This document shows, one piece after another, positions 57,907-64,000 of a stretch of DNA of 64,000 nt; position 1 is the first letter of the stretch, and each line of letters starts with the position of its first letter. The notes below the pieces were generated by a model that had not been told where the DNA came from, made no database searches, and saw only the letters and a program-made list of their open reading frames with translations. The stretch comes from Octopus vulgaris (Eukaryota), in NCBI GenBank assembly GCA_951406725.2, contig OX597841.1:10540001-10604000 (forward strand), read 5' to 3'. The position numbers and the translations under genes were made by a program.

Positions 57907-60113
57907 TTACATGAAAAACAGGAATATTAAGAAAAAGAACCGAAGAAACAATTAGAAATTAGTCTTTTCCTTTCTCTTCTCTCTGAATACATTTGTGTGC
58001 AGTTAAATTACTACATTTAGTGAATGATTTACCACAGACATTACAATAATATGGCTTCTCTCCTGTATGAGTACGTTTGTGTGAAGTTACGCTATAACTT
58101 TGTGAGAATGATTTACCACAGATATCACAGTGATATGGTCTCTCTCCTGAATGAAGATGTCTGTGTTTAGTTAAGTCACTATTTTGTGAGAATGATTTAC
58201 CACAGATATCACAGTTATATGGTCTCTCTCCTGAATGAAGACGTCTGTGTTTAGTTAAGCCACTATTTTGTGAGAATGATTTACCACAGATATCACAGTG
58301 ATACGGTCTTTCGCCTGAATGAAGACGTCTGTTTAGTTAAGTCACTATTTTGTGAGAATGATTTACCACAGATATCACAGTGATATGGTCTCTCTACTGA
58401 ATGAAGACGTCTGTGTTTAGTTAAGCCACTATTATCAGGGAATGATATACCACAGATATCACAATGATAAGGTTTCTCTCCTGTATGAATACGTTTATGT
58501 CTAGTTACGTCATTATTGCGGATGAAAGATTTACCACAGATATCACAATGATATGGCTTCTCTCCTGTATGAATACGTTTGTGTTTAGTTAATTTACCAT
58601 TTTCAAAGAAAGATTTACCACAGATATCACAATGATATGGCTTCTCTCCTGTATGAATATGCCTGTGTGCAGTTAATTTACCATTTTCAAAGAAAGATTT
58701 ACCACAGATATCACAGTGATATGGCTTCTCCCCAGTATGAATACGAATGTGCTTATTTAAGTCAGAATTTTGAGAAAATGATTTGTCACAGACATTACAG
58801 TGATATGGCTTCTCTCCTGTATGAATACATTTGTGTTTAGTTACGTTATGATTGCGGATGAAAGATTTACCACAGATATCACAGTGATATGGTTTCTCTC
58901 CTGTATGAATACGTATGTGTATTGTTAGGGCAGTACTTCCAGAGAAAGATTTACCACAGATATCACAGTGATATGGCTTTTCCCCTGTATGAATACGTTT
59001 ATGTCTAGTTACGTCATGCTTGCGGATGAAAGATTTACCACAGATATCACAGTCATATGGCTTCTCCCCAGTATGAATACGTAAGTGTATTGTTAGGGCA
59101 GAACTTCCAGAGAATGATTTACCACAGATATCACTGTGATATGGCTTCTCCTCAGTATGAATACGTAAGTGTATTGTTAGGGCAGTACTTCCAGAGAATG
59201 ATTTACCACAGATATCACTGTGATATGGCTTCTCCTCAGTATGAATACGTAAGTGTATTGTTAGGGCAGTACTTCCAGAGAAAGATTTACCACAGATATC
59301 ACAGTGATATGGCTTTCCCCCTGTATGGATACGTTTATGTCTAGTTACGTCATTATTACGGATGAAAGATTTACCACAGATATCACAGTCATATGGCTTC
59401 TCCCCAGTATGAATACGTAAGTGTATTGTTAGGGCAGAACTTCCAGAGAATGATTTACCACAGATATCACTGTGATATGGCTTCTCCTCAGTATGAATAC
59501 GTAAGTGTATTGTTAGGGCAGTACTTCCAGAGAATGATTTACCACAGATATCACAGTGATATGGCTTCTCCTCAGTATGAATACGTAAGTGTATTGTTAG
59601 GGCAGAACTTCCAGAGAATGATTTACCACAGATATCACTGTGATATGGCTTCTCCTCAGTATGAATACGTAAGTGTATTGTTAGGGCAGTACTTCCAGAG
59701 AAAGATTTACCACAGATATCACTGTGATATGGCTTCTCCTCAGTATGAATACGTAAGTGTATTGTTAGGGCAGTACTTCCAGAGAATGATTTACCACAGA
59801 TATCACTGTGATATGGCTTCTCCTCAGTATGAATACGTAAGTGTATTGTTAGGGCAGAACTTCCAGAGAATGATTTACCACAGATATCACAGTGATATCG
59901 CTTTTCCCCTGTATGAATACGTTTATGTCTAGTTACGTCATGCTTGCGGATGAAAGATTTACCACAGATATCACAGTGATATGGCTTTTCCCCTGTATGG
60001 ATACGTTTGTGAGTAATTAATTGACTATTTGCAGAGAATGATTGACCACAGACATCACAGTGATACGGTCTCTCTCCTCTATCTATTTCTATAATCTTCT
60101 CACTCTTTTCCAT
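57907..60113 (-). CDS. C2H2 zinc-finger gene 2, ~25 fingers, frameshifted in finger 21 (possible pseudogene)
   Basis: ATG at 60113; 84-bp finger repeats; ORF stops at 58293 after a 2-bp deletion at ~58330, but four more fingers continue to TAA at 57907. Confidence 0.85.
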
Positions 60114-60707
60114 TATTATTTCTCTCAAATCACAATGTAAATATACTTTTCTTGTTTTTCTTCTTATCGTTTAATCTCACAAATACTTCCACTCCTGATT
60201 TTCTCTCCATTGTTTCCCTGCTCTAATAACATTTATGTAAACGTATCCAAGCACACAAACTCATCTTCTCGGCACTGCAGACAGTGATGTGCAAAACTTT
60301 GGCTAATCACATCAGATTAGAACAAATATTTCACAGAAATTCACAGCATATATATAGAAAGTGTTATAGAATTTGTATAGAATTTTCTTTCAGTTTCAAA
60401 AGATGATAAATACTGAGAATAGATCTTCTGTTATTCCAATGTCATCCGATATTCTGAACTAATAAACAAACAACAGTGTAAGATAAAGAAGCTGCTTTCA
60501 AAATAGAGATTCAACAGTGGAAAATTGACAACATTTCTACAGAGATAAACTTTAGAAATAAGCATTTACCCGAACAACTGAACTTTTTAATGTATTAAAA
60601 TTTACATCCCAGAATCTTGTGTGTAGCTTACATATTTGTAAACCACAGCTACACCTTCACATTGTGTAAGATTATTTGGATTAAACTGCAGAAGAGCAGG
60701 TAATAAC

Positions 60708-61318
60708 ATCCATAGCTAGAAATAGCAGCCAAATCTCACACAGAACAAAGACATCTCTCTTTACATTGCTAGAAATAGCAGCCAAATCTCGCACAAAACA
60801 AAGACATCTCTCTTACATTGCTAGAAACAAATCTCGCACAAAACAAAGACATCTCTCTTACATTGCTAGAAATAGCAGCCAAATCTCGGACAAATCATAA
60901 ACATCTCTCTTCCATTGCTAGAAATAGCAGCCAAATCTCGCACAAAACAAAGACATCTCTCTTACATTGCTAGAAATAGCAGCCAAATCTCGCACAAAAC
61001 AAAGACATCTCTCTTACATTGCTAGAAATAGCAGCCAAATCTCGGACAAATCATAAACATCTCTCTTCCATTGCTAGAAATAGCAGCCAAATCTCGCACA
61101 AAACAAAGACATCTCTCTTACATTGCTAGAAATAGCAGCCAAATCTCGCACAAAACAAAGACATCTCTCTTACATTGCTAGAAATAGCAGCCAAATCTCG
61201 GACAAATCATAAACATCTCTCTTCCATTGCTAGAAATAGCAGCCAAATCTCGCACAAAACAAAGACATCAACTTTACATTTCTAGAAATAGCAGCCAAAT
61301 CTCGCACAAATCATGGAT
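60708..61318. repeat. 52-bp satellite, ~12 copies, with a 156-bp higher-order repeat
   Basis: Variant monomer GGACAAATCATAAAC recurs at 60888, 61044 and 61200. Confidence 0.92.
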
Positions 61319-61319
61319 A

Positions 61320-61519
61320 GGTACTACTTAAGAAGAGTGGTCCCGGTGCAGGCACTCGCGCTAGCTAGTCGTGACTAGTCGATCCTTACTTTGTGTTTTA
61401 TTTCCTTTGTTTTAAAAAAAATTATTTATTTACTTTGCTATGTAGTTCGTAGGATCGACTAGTCACGTGTAGCTAGCGTGGATGCGCGCGCACCGGGACC
61501 CCTGTTCGCTAGTAGTACC
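61320..61519. mobile_element. MITE, second copy of the 55595-55892 family
   Basis: GGTACTACT...AGTAGTACC termini and shared TAGTCGATCCT/AGGATCGACTA internal inverted repeats. Confidence 0.78.
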
Positions 61520-62069
61520 GACTATACACTGCATTTTATGGGATTCATAAAAGACATTTCTGAAGTGGTGAATTAAGCAGTATAATACTGTCTAATGGAT
61601 TTTCTCTTAAACTGTGATTGCGCCTGCAAGCCGGACGTTTTCACATCATTCCTTCGGACGTTCATTTCCTCGGTGTCAGGAACGTCCAGTCGTTGTAGCA
61701 CTCGGATGAATTTCGTATTCGTCCTACAGACGCAAGGAATTCCATAATCGATGTCATGCTATTTGTTATGACTCGAATCTCACTAAGAATATAGTTTCTT
61801 TGTGTCAAGTCACGAACAGCAATGACCGAATCAACTATCTGACACCGATTTCCCATTCGGAAATCTAATGCAGAAATAATTCTAGAAATAGCAGCCAAGG
61901 ATCTTTTCCTTTTGAACGGCACTTTGTAACATAATTTCTAGGTAACTAAACACTTTTAAACTTCGTATACTGGTAGAATGTGTTTATAAAACATCATTTT
62001 CTCTTGGCTTTATTGAGAAAATTCTATAGTTTGTAAGATATTTCGTCTGAAATTTCGAGCATTTCGGCA

Positions 62070-62260
62070 AATCTCGAACAGATCGTGAACATCTCTCATC
62101 CGCAGCTAGAAATAGCAGCCAAATCTCGAACAGATCGTGAACGTCTCTCATCCATAGCTAGAAATAGCAGCCAAATCTCGAACAAATCGTGAACGTCTCT
62201 CATCCGCAGCTAGAAATAGCAGCTAAATCCCGCACAAATCAAAGATGTCTCTCTTCCATA
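62070..62260. repeat. 52-bp satellite, ~4 copies
   Basis: Seen directly. Confidence 0.88.
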
Positions 62261-63063
62261 AAACACAGAAGAGACAAAAAAAAACAAACAAACGATCGTC
62301 TACAGATTTAAAAACATTGAATATTTTCCGAGTTTAATACTTAGGGAAATCTTCTTCTTTATAAAGGATGAAGTTGTTGTAAGTGTGTGTGTGGTGGTTG
62401 AGCCATGTCATTATAAATGTGTAATTGTAAATATTACAAAATATTGATGACAAGAACACTTTTCAGCTGATGACGGAAACGGAAGTATGATTGTGCGCAT
62501 GCGGTATTTCGTCTGTCTGTTTTGAGTTCAAATCCCGCCAAGGACGACTTTTCCTTTCATCCTTTCGGAGTCGATACATTAAATACAAGTTGTGTACGGT
62601 AGTCGATCTAATCGACTGCCCTCCCCACCAAAAAAAAATTTCGGGCCTTGTGCCTAGAGTAGAAAAGAAGGAAAGACTTTCCCCCGTCCCTACCCACAAT
62701 TTTCTCCCTTTTTTTTTTCCTTATTTTTTTGCAAAAAACCCCCGTTTTGGGATAAGGAAATTCTGGAAAATTGCCAATATTTGGCATTCTTAAATTTCGC
62801 ACCCAATTCCCGCATTTCTTAATTTTTCCTTTTTTTCCATAACCCTAGATACGTGTATATTGGTATACAGATATTTGGATATGGAGATATATAGATTATA
62901 TATTGTATCTATATATAATGATGCATCAGTACTGTTTTATATGTGTGTGTGTGTGTGTGTATGTATGTCTATATGTATGTACGTATGTACGTATGTATGT
63001 ATGTATAGGTTCGTTTATAGAAATACATAAACCCGAAGGAGACCCGCGCTCTAAGTTAATATT

Positions 63064-63260
63064 ATAGTGGGGTAGGCTGGTTTATAAGGTTACCCTGGGT
63101 TTCTCGCTCATAAGGGTGTATCTTACGGTGTATCTTCAGACCCCAAGCACAGCTGGCCTGAGACCTCTTTAAGTTATTCTGGGGCTTGAAGATACGCCGT
63201 GAGGCTAAGCCCTTTATGAGCGAGAAAAGCGAGTGTACCCCATAAAACGGCCTGTCCCAC

Positions 63261-63263
<3 letters not shown>
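63064..63263. mobile_element. Fold-back element or MITE, ~85-bp imperfect arms
   Basis: TTTCTCGCTCATAA/TTATGAGCGAGAAA and GTATCTTCA/TGAAGATAC blocks in inverted orientation; TA-rich flanks. Confidence 0.65.
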
Positions 63264-63305
<42 letters not shown>

Positions 63306-63331
63306 CAGACAGACAGACATGAATATGTACG

Positions 63332-63365
<34 letters not shown>

Positions 63366-63370
63366 CATAC

Positions 63371-63405
<35 letters not shown>

Positions 63406-63531
63406 CATACATATATATATACACACGCATATGCATACTACCCACATCATACCCCGTGTAAAGGAATGAGTGAGAGTGGAAGTGGGAGTGAGAATAGAAG
63501 TGGAAGTGGGAGGGGGAAGCGCGTGTTAAGT

Positions 63532-63627
63532 GTCACGTGACTTTCAGAGCAGACGACATCTTCTCAAAACTTGCAAAGATTTTCAAATGTCGACCGAGGA
63601 AAGAGGCCACAAATAATTAAGGTAAGC
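63532..63627 (+). promoter_or_regulatory. Possible promoter or first exon: palindromic E-box GTCACGTGAC and splice donor AG|GTAAGC
   Basis: Motif matches only (63532-63541; donor at ~63621); no transcript evidence. Confidence 0.25.
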
Positions 63628-64000
63628 CTTTTATTTTATTCTTCTTCTTTTCCAGAATTTCTCTGGTGCGTGATGGCTATCTTTGCGTTTATATATATAT
63701 ATATATATATTTTTTTTTTCCCCCTGACGAAGGAGGTATTATCTGAATGCACCCTAGTGCTTTACACATAATACACCCCTGAAATGGCCAAGGGATAAGT
63801 AAACATGATTTCCTTCTTATATATACGGCTTATTTTACCTGATTAAGATTTCTAAACGATGAACCTTATTTTACTTTATTTACACGATATATACATTTAT
63901 ATTATATTTTTTATATGCTCCTATATGTATATATATCTATATATGTTTTATATATTTTTATATACCTATATATTTTTATATATTACTTATATTATATTTT

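Noticed and set aside
59050-59900. Rescue of the Ser fingers by A-to-I editing
   Set aside because: Editing AGU gives GGU (Gly), not Cys.
62670-62845. Unusual run-rich segment
   Set aside because: Nearly every base is in a short homopolymer, which looks like low-quality long-read consensus rather than biology.

Overview
Repeat-dense eukaryotic DNA, most likely an octopus or other coleoid cephalopod (inferred from the SINE types, microsatellite load and tandem C2H2-ZNF genes). 1-28.9 kb is a head-to-tail array of five ~5.66-kb units plus a partial sixth. Each unit holds a minus-strand CR1-group LINE (CCCH ORF1, APE endonuclease, RT, (AATC)n tail) and a spacer of two ~200-bp direct repeats around a microsatellite block. 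Each direct repeat encodes a 68-nt RNA that folds into a kink-turn hairpin whose loop pairs with both flanks (double pseudoknot), a candidate new ribozyme or RNP motif. 28.9-42.2 kb holds two Gypsy-like LTR families: two rearranged, fold-back copies of family A, and one near-intact family B copy nested in A, which is itself nested in a SINE. Both families share a non-canonical primer-binding site complementary to the 5' end (nt 1-12) of tRNA-Phe, and a GGGAAAC plus pseudoknot -1 frameshift signal. 42-64 kb is a mosaic of SINEs, MITEs, LINE and Tigger fragments, a tRNA-Glu remnant and two paralogous damaged C2H2 zinc-finger genes with intronic 52-bp satellites. All calls are by eye; no searches or folding programs were run.
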